Below are positions 1 through 8,061 of a stretch of 49,744 bases of DNA, in pieces. Position numbers and translations under genes: made by a program. The notes below the pieces were generated by a model that was not told the origin of the DNA, did not search any database, and was given only the letters and a program-made list of their open reading frames with translations. Position 1 is the first letter of the stretch, and every line of letters begins with the position of its first letter. The DNA is taken from sequence record SRR20825006_1727; one strand, given 5' to 3'.

Positions 1-26
1 CTTCTTCCGATAGCTATCGGAAGAAG
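1..26. repeat. Perfect 26-bp palindrome, REP-like, core CCGATAGCTATCGG
   Basis: CTTCTTCCGATAG/CTATCGGAAGAAG is self-complementary. The core recurs as TCCCGATAGCTTTCGGGA (1249-1266) and degenerately near 10455-10472. May be truncated by the window edge. Confidence 0.75.
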
Positions 27-145
27 GGAGACTTCTATGAATACTTTCCCCATTTATAAATTCTGGTTACCACGCTGCCTTGTCCCAATGCATATAGGCA
101 ATGGTCTTGCTTGTTATAAATGTTTCAACAACACCACTATATCAG

Positions 146-211
146 TTCCCCTCCTCGCTGAGGAGGGGTGGCAGCGAAGCGCACGTAGTGGCACGTAGCT
201 GACGGGGTGGT
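146..211. repeat. GC-rich REP-like element with hairpin and internal 8-bp direct repeat
   Basis: Stem CCCCTCCTC (148-156)/GAGGAGGGG (160-168), then GCAGCGAAGC, GCACGTAG twice (181-188, 191-198), then CTGACGGGGTGG. GC-rich within AT-rich intergenic DNA. Confidence 0.6.
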
Positions 212-334
212 GTTTCCGAAAATCTATCAAATTCTTCTCAGCCTTCGACTCAAGGGTTCCATTCCCTGTAGGTCTAAATCCTAAGTGTATTCCATAAAAA
301 ATCTATACATTTAAAACGAATAGCATTGTTTTAT

Positions 335-1114
335 ATGAACTTTTTAAAGATTTTGGGGCTGATGCTCCTTTTGGTAAGCACCGCTTGCAACTCCAAAAAC
401 ACAGCCGAGAACGAATGGATCTCCCTTTTTAACGGGAAGGACCTCAGCGGATGGACGCCTAAGTTTTATCATCACGAAGTAGGTGAAAATTATGCCGATA
501 CCTTTCGGGTGCAAGACAGTAGTATCGTTGTAGCTTATGATAACTATGATAGCTTTGATGAAACCTACGGACATTTGTTTTATGATGAAGCCTTTACCTC
601 GTTTCACTTAAAATTCAAATATAGATTTACTGATGAATGGATGGAAGATGCTCCGAGCTACACCTACCGCAACAGTGGCGTGATGTTTCATTCCCAAGCT
701 CCGGAAACGATCTTAAAAGAGCAAGACTGGCCGCTTTCGGTAGAATATCAAATGCTGGCGGAAGCCGAACCCGGAAAATCCAGACCAACTGGCAATATGT
801 GTTCGCCCGGTACCGATGTGTATTATCAAGGTGAAAAATCAAACGATCATTGTATCAATTCGTCTTCACCCACTTTTCGTTGGGATACTTGGGTAGATGC
901 GGACCTCATCGTGTATCAGGATTCGTTAATCATTCATAAAGTAAACGGCAAAGAAGTGCTTCGGTATACCGATACGCAAATAGGCGGCGATGTAGCGAAT
1001 GGCTACAATCCCAAACTCAAAGTAGATGGGCAAGCCTTAAAAAGCGGATATATCGGTTTACAAGCCGAAGGTCAAGGTGTGATCTTTAAAGACATAAAGC
1101 TTAAAAAATTATAA
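335..1114 (+). CDS. DUF1080 (3-keto-disaccharide hydrolase/hydratase family) lipoprotein
   Basis: Lipobox STAC; motifs WISLFNGKDLSGW, NSGVMF, EYQ and GYIGLQAEG. ATG at 335 preferred over TTG at 326. Confidence 0.85.
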   Translation: MNFLKILGLMLLLVSTACNSKNTAENEWISLFNGKDLSGWTPKFYHHEVGENYADTFRVQDSSIVVAYDNYDSFDETYGHLFYDEAFTSFHLKFKYRFTDEWMEDAPSYTYRNSGVMFHSQAPETILKEQDWPLSVEYQMLAEAEPGKSRPTGNMCSPGTDVYYQGEKSNDHCINSSSPTFRWDTWVDADLIVYQDSLIIHKVNGKEVLRYTDTQIGGDVANGYNPKLKVDGQALKSGYIGLQAEGQGVIFKDIKLKKL

Positions 1115-1163
1115 TGCATTATTTTCTTACTAGTTAGTAAGCAATGAAGCCTTGGTCCCTACT

Positions 1164-1298
1164 GTAAACTACCTCAGAGCAAGCCTGTCTGCCGACAAAG
1201 GCAGGCCTCCAAGATATAGCTTGGAAACGTTTTTTCAATTTCAAGGCATCCCGATAGCTTTCGGGACTGCGTATTAAACCCTTTGCGGAGCCAATAAA
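1164..1298 (+). repeat. Dispersed non-coding repeat, copy 1 (REP/MITE-like, with internal palindromes)
   Basis: Shares GTAAACTACCTCAG..CAAGCC and AGGCATCCCGATA...GTATTAAACC...GCGG.GCC.ATAAA with 10394-10505. Confidence 0.8.
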
Positions 1299-1327
1299 AA
1301 AGCTCCCTACTTGCGCAGGGAGCTTTT
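1298..1327. terminator. Bidirectional intrinsic terminator between convergent DUF1080 and hxlA
   Basis: AAAAGCTCCCT (1298-1308)/AGGGAGCTTTT (1317-1327) with flanking A and T tracts. Confidence 0.8.
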
Positions 1328-1355
1328 CGTTTTTCAACCAACTTACGAACTCTTA

Positions 1356-1982
1356 TTAGTTGAGTAATGCGCGAAGCGCTTTTGCTGCTTCTGCAGGATC
1401 TTCAGCCCCGTAGATCGCTCCACCGGCAACCGCTACTACAGCTCCAGAGTCTTTTACCGCTTTGATGCTGTCAAGGTTTACACCACCTGCGATAGAAACC
1501 GGTACTCCAGCACGTGCTGCCTCATCGATCAATACTTGAATCGAGTAGCCTTCTTCTGCCTGCTCGTCAAGACCTGCGTGTAGTTCCACAAATGCTACAC
1601 CCAGTTCCGTTACTTCCTGTGCACGTTTTACACGATCTGCAACACCAATCGTATCTACAACCACACCTTTACCGTGTGCTTTAGCCGCTTTTACCGCCCC
1701 TGCGATCGTGCTGTTTCCGGTAGACCCTAAGATAGTGATGTAATCAGCACCTGCCTTAAAAGCCATATCTGCTTCCAACTCTCCGGCATCTGCGGTTTTA
1801 AAATCTGCAAATACTTTTTTGTCAGGAAATGCATTCTTAATTGCTGTAATTGCAGCCAATCCTTCACTTTTGATAAGTGGAGTACCCAACTCAATAATGT
1901 CTACATAAGGAGCCACTTTCGTAGCCAATGCAAGGGCATCTTCGGTCTTTAATAAATCAATTGCTACTTGTAACTTAGCCAT
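1356..1982 (-). CDS. hxlA: 3-hexulose-6-phosphate synthase
   Basis: KLQVAID, IIELGTPLIKSEG, ADFKTADAGELE, HAGLDEQ and AGGVN motifs of the HPS/OMPDC family; adjacent to a SIS-domain isomerase. Confidence 0.93.
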   Translation of the reverse strand: MAKLQVAIDLLKTEDALALATKVAPYVDIIELGTPLIKSEGLAAITAIKNAFPDKKVFADFKTADAGELEADMAFKAGADYITILGSTGNSTIAGAVKAAKAHGKGVVVDTIGVADRVKRAQEVTELGVAFVELHAGLDEQAEEGYSIQVLIDEAARAGVPVSIAGGVNLDSIKAVKDSGAVVAVAGGAIYGAEDPAEAAKALRALLN

Positions 1983-2021
1983 GATATCTTGTTTTTAGTA
2001 TATTAATAATCATTCTTGTTC

Positions 2022-2606
2022 TTATTCTAAATTTGCGTGTCGCTGCCAAAGTTCGTCGGCAGTCTTTCCGCCTTTATTCCAAAGCAATTGTACCAGTGCG
2101 TCTCCGTAGAGCAATAGCGCTTGCTCAAATAAACTACCGGCATATTGCTGAGAAACTTCAGCTTCTTGTCTGTTTTTTTGTGCTGCCGGAAGCACCACTA
2201 CTACATCGGCCAGATCTGCTAAAAGCGATTCCATATTGGTGGTAAAGCAGAGTACGGCAGCTCCTTCTCGTTTTGCTGTTTTTGCTGCGTTCACGATATT
2301 GGTGGTACTTCCACTTCCCGAACCTGCAAGCAGTACATCGCCTTTGGTAATCGCCGGGGCGGTGGTCTCTCCTACCATATGTACTTTAAAACCTAAATGC
2401 ATCAAACGCATACCAAGCGCTTGCATCATAAATCCGCTGCGACCCATTCCCATCAAAAAAATACGCTGCGCACGTTCTAAAGGAGCGATAAGTGCTGCGA
2501 GTTGCTCAAAAGCAACACCTTGTCGCAGGTGCTCGTGTTCTCTGTAAATCAGCGCGATTGCATCTGCTAATGCGGCTTCACTGCTTATCGTTTCAGGGGT
2601 TTGCAT
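2022..2606 (-). CDS. hxlB: 6-phospho-3-hexuloisomerase (SIS domain)
   Basis: GMGRSG, MRLMHLG, VGETTAPAI, SGSGST and QYAGSLFEQ motifs; co-oriented with hxlA. Confidence 0.93.
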   Translation of the reverse strand: MQTPETISSEAALADAIALIYREHEHLRQGVAFEQLAALIAPLERAQRIFLMGMGRSGFMMQALGMRLMHLGFKVHMVGETTAPAITKGDVLLAGSGSGSTTNIVNAAKTAKREGAAVLCFTTNMESLLADLADVVVVLPAAQKNRQEAEVSQQYAGSLFEQALLLYGDALVQLLWNKGGKTADELWQRHANLE

Positions 2607-2629
2607 AATTGCGTGTTTGAATTAGAAAA

Positions 2630-2744
2630 CAAAAGTACTGTGAAGCGCGGGGTACTTGTTTCACAATATGATAGATGTGTGGTACAATCTGCACATTACC
2701 AAAATATCTTAGGTACGATATGCTACTTTTGTGGTACATTTTAG
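2630..2744. promoter_or_regulatory. Divergent hxlB/araC promoters with putative AraC direct repeats
   Basis: TACTTTTG -7 elements at 2630-2637 (minus) and 2724-2731 (plus). Repeats TTCACAATATG (2660)/GGTACAATCTG (2681) and GGTACGATATG (2712)/GGTACATTTTA (2733), each pair 21 bp apart. Confidence 0.7.
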
Positions 2745-2802
2745 AAATCAGTAGGTTTTCTCCTTATTACCTATTGTTAGCAACCCCTTTAAAAAGTTAT
2801 TT

Positions 2803-3648
2803 ATGCTTAGTGACAAAGTTTTATATATACGTGATCTAGCCGACTGTCCTCCATCTTATCTGGACGACCCCGGAAGACGTGAATTTTTTGAGATTGTATG
2901 GTTACAACAAGAAGATGCGCTGCACTCTCCGCAGTATGATTTTCAAACCGTCAATGGTCATTGGATCTACCTGATCCCACCCTATCGAGTGCATCAGTTG
3001 AACAAAGCCGGAAAACGCGGCGTGCTTATTTCTTTTAAACAAGAATTGCTGGAAGATGATCTAAAGGAATTTTTGCTAGATGTTTTCCGAATCTTTAACC
3101 TTCAGGGAGAGTTCTCTTGCTTACAAGTGAGTGAGGAACACGCCCAAAGTCTCTCTGCAGTGTATCAATTGATGTATGCCGAATATGAGCAAGATGCGGT
3201 AAATCTTATTATGCTGAAGGCGTTACTGAAAGTTTTATTGCTGAAGCTTATCGAATTAAAAGAACAGCATTTTACACTTCAGGATCTCAATGAAAAGCGC
3301 GTGTATGAATTTATGATGTTACTTGAAAAGAATTATCTTGAGGAGCGTACGGCTGCTTTTTACGCCGGAAAGATGGGACTGAGCGCAAAGCGACTCAATC
3401 AGATTTTAAAAGAAAAATTAGACAAAACCGTGGTTCAACTACTCCACGACCGCTTGATACTTGAGGCCAAACGCCAGATGATACACAGTGAGCATACGAT
3501 CAAAGAAATTGGCTATAACCTCAAATTTAAAGACCGTTCTTATTTTAGTCGGTTTTTTAAAACCCACACCGGTCAGACGGCACAGGAATTTCAAAATCAA
3601 GCGCGCCGCTATGTGCTTAAACACGATAATACGCTGTATGCCCACTAA
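2803..3648 (+). CDS. AraC/XylS-family transcriptional regulator
   Basis: C-terminal double HTH (YAGKMGLSAKRLN...IKEIGYNLKFKDRSYFSRFFKTHTGQT) and N-terminal cupin-like region; divergent from hxlBA. Confidence 0.92.
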   Translation: MLSDKVLYIRDLADCPPSYLDDPGRREFFEIVWLQQEDALHSPQYDFQTVNGHWIYLIPPYRVHQLNKAGKRGVLISFKQELLEDDLKEFLLDVFRIFNLQGEFSCLQVSEEHAQSLSAVYQLMYAEYEQDAVNLIMLKALLKVLLLKLIELKEQHFTLQDLNEKRVYEFMMLLEKNYLEERTAAFYAGKMGLSAKRLNQILKEKLDKTVVQLLHDRLILEAKRQMIHSEHTIKEIGYNLKFKDRSYFSRFFKTHTGQTAQEFQNQARRYVLKHDNTLYAH

Positions 3649-4859
3649 AACGAAATATCCCACTGTATTCTAAAACGCAGCTCGTTTTCAAGTTGGGCGT
3701 CTTCGGTCTCGTAGTCAAAACTTGATAGCTCGGCGGTGAGCTTGTTGCGGTGTCCTTTAAAAAACCAATTGAAGGCTAGCGATTTTTCGTCTAGTGACGT
3801 TTCCCTATCAATATTCGGATTGAAATTGGCGTAGCGTGCTGCGATCTCGAGTTGCTTGGGCCACCAGCTTATCGCCTGATGCGCAAAATACCCGGCTTGC
3901 ATATAATACCCGCGCAATTGGGTAGTCGCATCAGCATCAAGTTTATCAATCACCTCTTTATAATGCAACTCCGATTGCCAACTGAATCCTTGATATACAA
4001 AAGCGGTCTCAAAGTTCCCCTGATTGATGCGGTACTGCCCGGGTTCCTGAGTTTCAAAACCGGTTAAAAATCCGCCGCCGGAAGAAGAAAATCGAGTAAA
4101 CGGACTCCGGTTAGTCACTGCTGAAAAAGCGATTTGTGCTTCGGGGGTTTTGTGAATTTGCAAGTCGCTGATACCACCAAAGCCCAGATCGTCTCCTAAT
4201 ACATTCCATTGCAGGCGACCAAAATACATCAAGTTTTTATCGTCATTTTCGCTGTTAGAGCGTCCTGAGCCGGTAAGTACAGCCGCCCAGTAGCTAAAAT
4301 CAGCTGCTCCACGACCTTCTAACCTTCCGTAGAGTTCAATACCCTGTTGCCGGTCTATGGTAAAGCTTCGGTTTAAAATAGAGCGGTCTACCAATTGTTG
4401 CGCACCACTGCTGATGCGGCGCTCGCGCGTAAATTCAACCTTCCACTGGCCAACCTTGATATTGAGCCATTTCCAGCGCTCGATCATAATTCTAAAATCA
4501 AGCAGATTCCCGCGCCCTAATTCGTACTCCCAGTAATACTTCAACCAAGGTTTATATGCGTGCCCCCCTACTTTGAGTCGGGCTCTGTTGATCTTAAAAA
4601 CCGAATTCTTTTCATCGTTAAAATCATCAAACGTCACCGGATCATTATCTCCCGGTGTTGCAAAGCGAAATTGCAACCGGCTCTGTATATGCAGACTGAA
4701 GGCATCGTCAGGTGCCGTAAATAATACGCCTTTGTTACCGTAATCGATATTCCAGCGCGAAAGGCTGTCTTGTTGTAGTTCTTGAGCATAGCTAAAACTG
4801 CTCAGCAAAAGCAAACAAAAACTAATCGCATAAGTGATGCGGATGGAGCGCGTGCGCAT
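3645..4859 (-). CDS. Outer-membrane porin, OprO/OprP phosphate-selective porin-like
   Basis: Signal peptide, Arg-rich INRARLKVGG and GQWKVEFTRERRISSG..QLVDRS motifs, C-terminal Phe (QWDISF). Confidence 0.75.
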   Translation of the reverse strand: MRTRSIRITYAISFCLLLLSSFSYAQELQQDSLSRWNIDYGNKGVLFTAPDDAFSLHIQSRLQFRFATPGDNDPVTFDDFNDEKNSVFKINRARLKVGGHAYKPWLKYYWEYELGRGNLLDFRIMIERWKWLNIKVGQWKVEFTRERRISSGAQQLVDRSILNRSFTIDRQQGIELYGRLEGRGAADFSYWAAVLTGSGRSNSENDDKNLMYFGRLQWNVLGDDLGFGGISDLQIHKTPEAQIAFSAVTNRSPFTRFSSSGGGFLTGFETQEPGQYRINQGNFETAFVYQGFSWQSELHYKEVIDKLDADATTQLRGYYMQAGYFAHQAISWWPKQLEIAARYANFNPNIDRETSLDEKSLAFNWFFKGHRNKLTAELSSFDYETEDAQLENELRFRIQWDISF

Positions 4860-4878
4860 AACAAAAGGGTTAGGCCTG

Positions 4879-4944
4879 CAAAAGTAAAATTATCTAAGCA
4901 CTTAACCGCTTAGAAACCTTAAAGAAACCTTTAGGTAACATTTA
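4879..4944 (-). promoter_or_regulatory. Porin promoter (-7 TACTTTTG) with upstream 11-bp-period repeats
   Basis: CAAAAGTA at 4879-4886; AGAAACCTT at 4912 and 4923, with weaker units at 4901 and 4934. Confidence 0.55.
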
Positions 4945-4970
4945 GAGTTTTTAAGCAACTATAATTTCGG

Positions 4971-5846
4971 TTAGGCAGATGCCGATGTAAACAGTTTTTT
5001 GGCTCCGCTAATAATAAGCAGTACCACAAAACCGATGACCAGTCCTAATAAAAGATCGGCCAACATACCCGGCCACGTGTGAAAGAGGTCGTGTACCACG
5101 TGAAGATTGTGTCTAAAAATTCCTCCGGAAACCAAAAGCAACGCAATGGTCCCGATAACAGATAAAGACTTGATCACTACCGGTAAGGCATTGACTAAAA
5201 ATTTACCCACTTTATCAGAAAAGCTGTCGTCTTGCTCATTCAGGTTGATGAGTTTAGCCCCAAATTCGTCCATGCGTACGATAAGTGCGACAATCCCATA
5301 AACTCCTACGGTAGCCACCAAAGCAATGATAGAAACCACAATGATCTGATTGACCAGTTCTTCTCCGGTAACCGTACCTAAGGCGATGATGATGATCTCT
5401 ACGGAAAGGATAAAATCGGTTAAAATAGCCGACTTCACCTTTTCTTTCTCATAAGCTAAAAGTTCTTCTTCGGTGCGATTTTGTAAAGCGGGTCGCTCCT
5501 CTTCGTGTGCGTGCGGCACAAAAAACTCATAGATCTTTTCGGCACCTTCATACGCGAGGTAGAGTCCGCCAATGATCAGGATCACAGTTACCGCCACCGG
5601 CACAAACGCACTGAGCAAAAAGGCCACCGGTAGAATGATGATTTTATTGAGCAGCGATCCTTTGGTGATCTTCCACAAGACCGGGATCTCACGATTAGAC
5701 ATAAAGCCGGAAGCTTTCTCGGCATTTACAGCGAGGTCATCGCCTAAAATACCTGCGGTTTTCTTTCCGGCGACTTTAGCCATCACCGAAACATCATCCA
5801 TAAGCGTTGCAATATCATCAAGAAGCGCAAAAAATCCTGAAGCCAT
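4971..5846 (-). CDS. DUF808 (YedI-like) inner-membrane protein
   Basis: MASGFFALLDDI, AGILGDDLAVNA, TDFILSVEI and VYGIVALIVRMD motifs; several hydrophobic segments. Confidence 0.88.
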   Translation of the reverse strand: MASGFFALLDDIATLMDDVSVMAKVAGKKTAGILGDDLAVNAEKASGFMSNREIPVLWKITKGSLLNKIIILPVAFLLSAFVPVAVTVILIIGGLYLAYEGAEKIYEFFVPHAHEEERPALQNRTEEELLAYEKEKVKSAILTDFILSVEIIIIALGTVTGEELVNQIIVVSIIALVATVGVYGIVALIVRMDEFGAKLINLNEQDDSFSDKVGKFLVNALPVVIKSLSVIGTIALLLVSGGIFRHNLHVVHDLFHTWPGMLADLLLGLVIGFVVLLIISGAKKLFTSASA

Positions 5847-5942
5847 AAGTGTATTGGGTTGGTTGTTTGCGGCAAGATAAGTTGCTCTTTTCTAAAAAGA
5901 CATTAAAAAAGTGATAATTTATACGATTGCAATGGCGTTAAA

Positions 5943-6398
5943 CTAGAACGATTGGCGTGAACTCAAAGCGGTCTCTAGAGGCAATTTCTCTAAAATACGC
6001 CCATCGTGACTCACTTGAACTGCCAGTGCCGGAGCTTCGGCGTGCGCAAGTGCCAATTGATAAGTAACATAGCCCTCAGCGACTTGCTGCGTTACCTGTG
6101 CGATACGATACGCTTCGTAAGTTGAAGCAATTTTCTGCTGAACGGGTTCCGGCAATACGCTGGCATCTGCACTTTTTTGGGTTTTTAGCAAATAACCGTC
6201 TGCAGAGTACCAGTGTGTATGTTGAGCCTGATCTTCCACAAAGCTTACTTGATAGGCTTTAGAGGTAACCTCCCACTGTACTTCTTGTGAATCGGGATAG
6301 TGCACCTCAAAGTTGGTTTGCACATTTTTAGGAATTTCCTGCGCTTGGCTGCTCAGGCTTAATACTGCGGTCATTAAAATTAAAGCGATAGTTTTCAT
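5943..6398 (-). CDS. Secreted PepSY-like (DUF2874/BLIP-like) protein
   Basis: Signal peptide ending SQA; two repeats of the IPxxV..F...YP..V.W type; paralogous to 6690-7139. Confidence 0.7.
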   Translation of the reverse strand: MKTIALILMTAVLSLSSQAQEIPKNVQTNFEVHYPDSQEVQWEVTSKAYQVSFVEDQAQHTHWYSADGYLLKTQKSADASVLPEPVQQKIASTYEAYRIAQVTQQVAEGYVTYQLALAHAEAPALAVQVSHDGRILEKLPLETALSSRQSF

Positions 6399-6419
6399 AA
6401 GTTCTATTTTTTAGTTGAG

Positions 6420-6454
6420 ACAAAGTACCCGCACAAATCTGAAATCATTTAGGA
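6420..6454 (-). promoter_or_regulatory. Two-component regulon promoter motif, copy A
   Basis: TCCTAAATGA TTTCAGATTT GTGCGGGTAC TTTGT on minus strand; aligns ungapped with copies B-D. Confidence 0.75.
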
Positions 6455-6541
6455 GTTTTAGACGCTCGGGATATTAAAATTTGTTAAACATACTTTTGAC
6501 ATGAAGCCAGTGAGCGCGCTATATCAGGATACATAAACACT

Positions 6542-6589
6542 AAAAAAGCGTCGTAACCATCAGCTGCTGCTAAAGGTGTACGACGCTTT
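6542..6589 (-). terminator. Intrinsic terminator downstream of 6690-7139
   Basis: AAAGCGTCGTA (6545-6555)/TACGACGCTTT (6579-6589); the A-run gives a U-tail on the minus strand. Confidence 0.65.
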
Positions 6590-6689
6590 GTAAATGAGCG
6601 ATTCGGTTAAAGAATCTTTAAAGAAAAGAACCAGTTGTACCGTAAGTATTCACTATAAAAATTTGTTAGTCAACTGACTCAGGAACGTT

Positions 6690-7139
6690 TTAAGGTCTTG
6701 ATCCCTTTGGCGCATTTAATAAAGCATTTTGATCATCAAAAAAGAGTTCGTGCTCTTTCCCAAAAGTATTTTCAACTTCTACCATGTACCGCGTTTTTCC
6801 GTCTTTGATATATTTTTTAGCCTCATCAAAGCGGAAACCCGAATACTTCTGTTTCAGTTGATTCTGAATCCCTGCCGGTAGTTCGGTTTCACGAAGCTCT
6901 TGTTCGCTAGCCACCACGCTTCCATCAGCAGCATAAGACACTTCATAATCTAAGCGGTCGATCTCAAATTCTACCTCATAAGAAAATGCGTGTTGTTCCC
7001 ACTCAATATCTGTAGCTTTAGGGTATGCCTTAGAGAACGCTTGGTTCACCGGTGCCGGAACTCCGGAATTTGCTGAAGTTTGTGCTGTGGCCAGACTAAC
7101 GCTGCCCAACAGAATTGCGGTCATAAATACATTTTTCAT
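6690..7139 (-). CDS. Secreted PepSY-like (DUF2874/BLIP-like) protein
   Basis: Signal peptide; VPAPVNQAFSKAYPKATDIEWE...YEVEF and second repeat LPAGIQNQLKQKY...YMVEVE. Confidence 0.8.
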   Translation of the reverse strand: MKNVFMTAILLGSVSLATAQTSANSGVPAPVNQAFSKAYPKATDIEWEQHAFSYEVEFEIDRLDYEVSYAADGSVVASEQELRETELPAGIQNQLKQKYSGFRFDEAKKYIKDGKTRYMVEVENTFGKEHELFFDDQNALLNAPKGSRP

Positions 7140-7162
7140 CGTGTTTCTTTTTTAAATTTGAC

Positions 7163-7197
7163 ACAAAACACGGGAGCAAAACTGAAAAGATTTAGGA
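7163..7197 (-). promoter_or_regulatory. Two-component regulon promoter motif, copy B
   Basis: TCCTAAATCT TTTCAGTTTT GCTCCCGTGT TTTGT on minus strand. Confidence 0.75.
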
Positions 7198-7330
7198 TAA
7201 GCTCGCAGCTAGAGTCAAACAAAACCTGGTTTTTATACTTAAGCTTTACGCCGAAAATACTTAACTCCTTGATTTTAAAAGCATCATAACCTTTGCATAG
7301 TTCTGAGTCCTTATTAAAAAGAAGTGTCAT

Positions 7331-7365
7331 TACCAATTGATTCCAGATTTGCGCTTTAGCCTTGC
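7331..7365 (+). promoter_or_regulatory. Two-component regulon promoter motif, copy C (before the response regulator)
   Basis: TACCAATTGA TTCCAGATTT GCGCTTTAGC CTTGC, ending 24 bp before the ATG. Confidence 0.72.
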
Positions 7366-7389
7366 AGTCTATATTATGAAACCCCTGCT

Positions 7390-8061
7390 ATGAAGATCTT
7401 GATTATAGAAGACGAACCCCAAATGCTGGATAATATGCGCCGCACACTGGAGCAGGAACAGTATTTAGTGGAAAGCGCTGCAACCTATACTGAAGCGCTC
7501 GATAAAATTGGAGCCTATGCTTATGACTGTATTTTGCTAGATGTGATGCTTCCTGACGGAAACGGTCTAAAAATCCTCAAAGAACTTAAAGCACAGCAAA
7601 AAGAGGAAGGTGTTATTATTGTTTCGGCAAATGATTCGTTAGACGATCGTATTGAAGGGCTTAATTTGGGTGCCGATGACTACCTGCCCAAGCCTTTTCA
7701 TATGGCCGAATTACGGGCTCGGGTACAAGCGGTTTTACGACGCCGTAACTTTGAAGGGAATCGCAATATACAGTTGGGGAACGTGACCATCAATCCTGAA
7801 ACGCGCCAGGTTTTTATAGCAGAAGAGGACATCAACCTCAACCGCAAAGAATATGATATTCTTACCTATTTGATCGCCAATAAAACCCGACTGGTTACCA
7901 AAGCCGCTCTGGCCGAGCACGTGTGGGGAGACCATATTGACCAAGCCGATAGCTTTGATTTTATCTACTCGCAGATAAAAAATCTACGTAAAAAACTAGA
8001 ACCGGCAAGTATCAACGTGCAGGCGGTTTACGGCGTGGGCTATAAACTTGAAGTCGACTAG
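7390..8061 (+). CDS. OmpR/PhoB-family response regulator
   Basis: IIEDE, phospho-acceptor LLDVMLPDG, GADDYLPKPF, winged-helix end (IKNLRKKL...VYGVGY). Confidence 0.95.
   Translation: MKILIIEDEPQMLDNMRRTLEQEQYLVESAATYTEALDKIGAYAYDCILLDVMLPDGNGLKILKELKAQQKEEGVIIVSANDSLDDRIEGLNLGADDYLPKPFHMAELRARVQAVLRRRNFEGNRNIQLGNVTINPETRQVFIAEEDINLNRKEYDILTYLIANKTRLVTKAALAEHVWGDHIDQADSFDFIYSQIKNLRKKLEPASINVQAVYGVGYKLEVD

Noticed and set aside
1134-1337. 67-aa minus-strand ORF
   Set aside because: Runs through the terminator and the dispersed repeat; its sequence is translated palindromes (PESYRD, PAFVGRQA).
3645-3648. 4-bp convergent stop-codon overlaps (also 17421-17424)
   Set aside because: Common in compact bacterial genomes; no further evidence of antisense regulation.
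7080-7336. Short ORFs 7080-7289(+) and 7136-7336(-)
   Set aside because: They overlap promoter motifs B and C of the divergent region and have no recognisable protein features.
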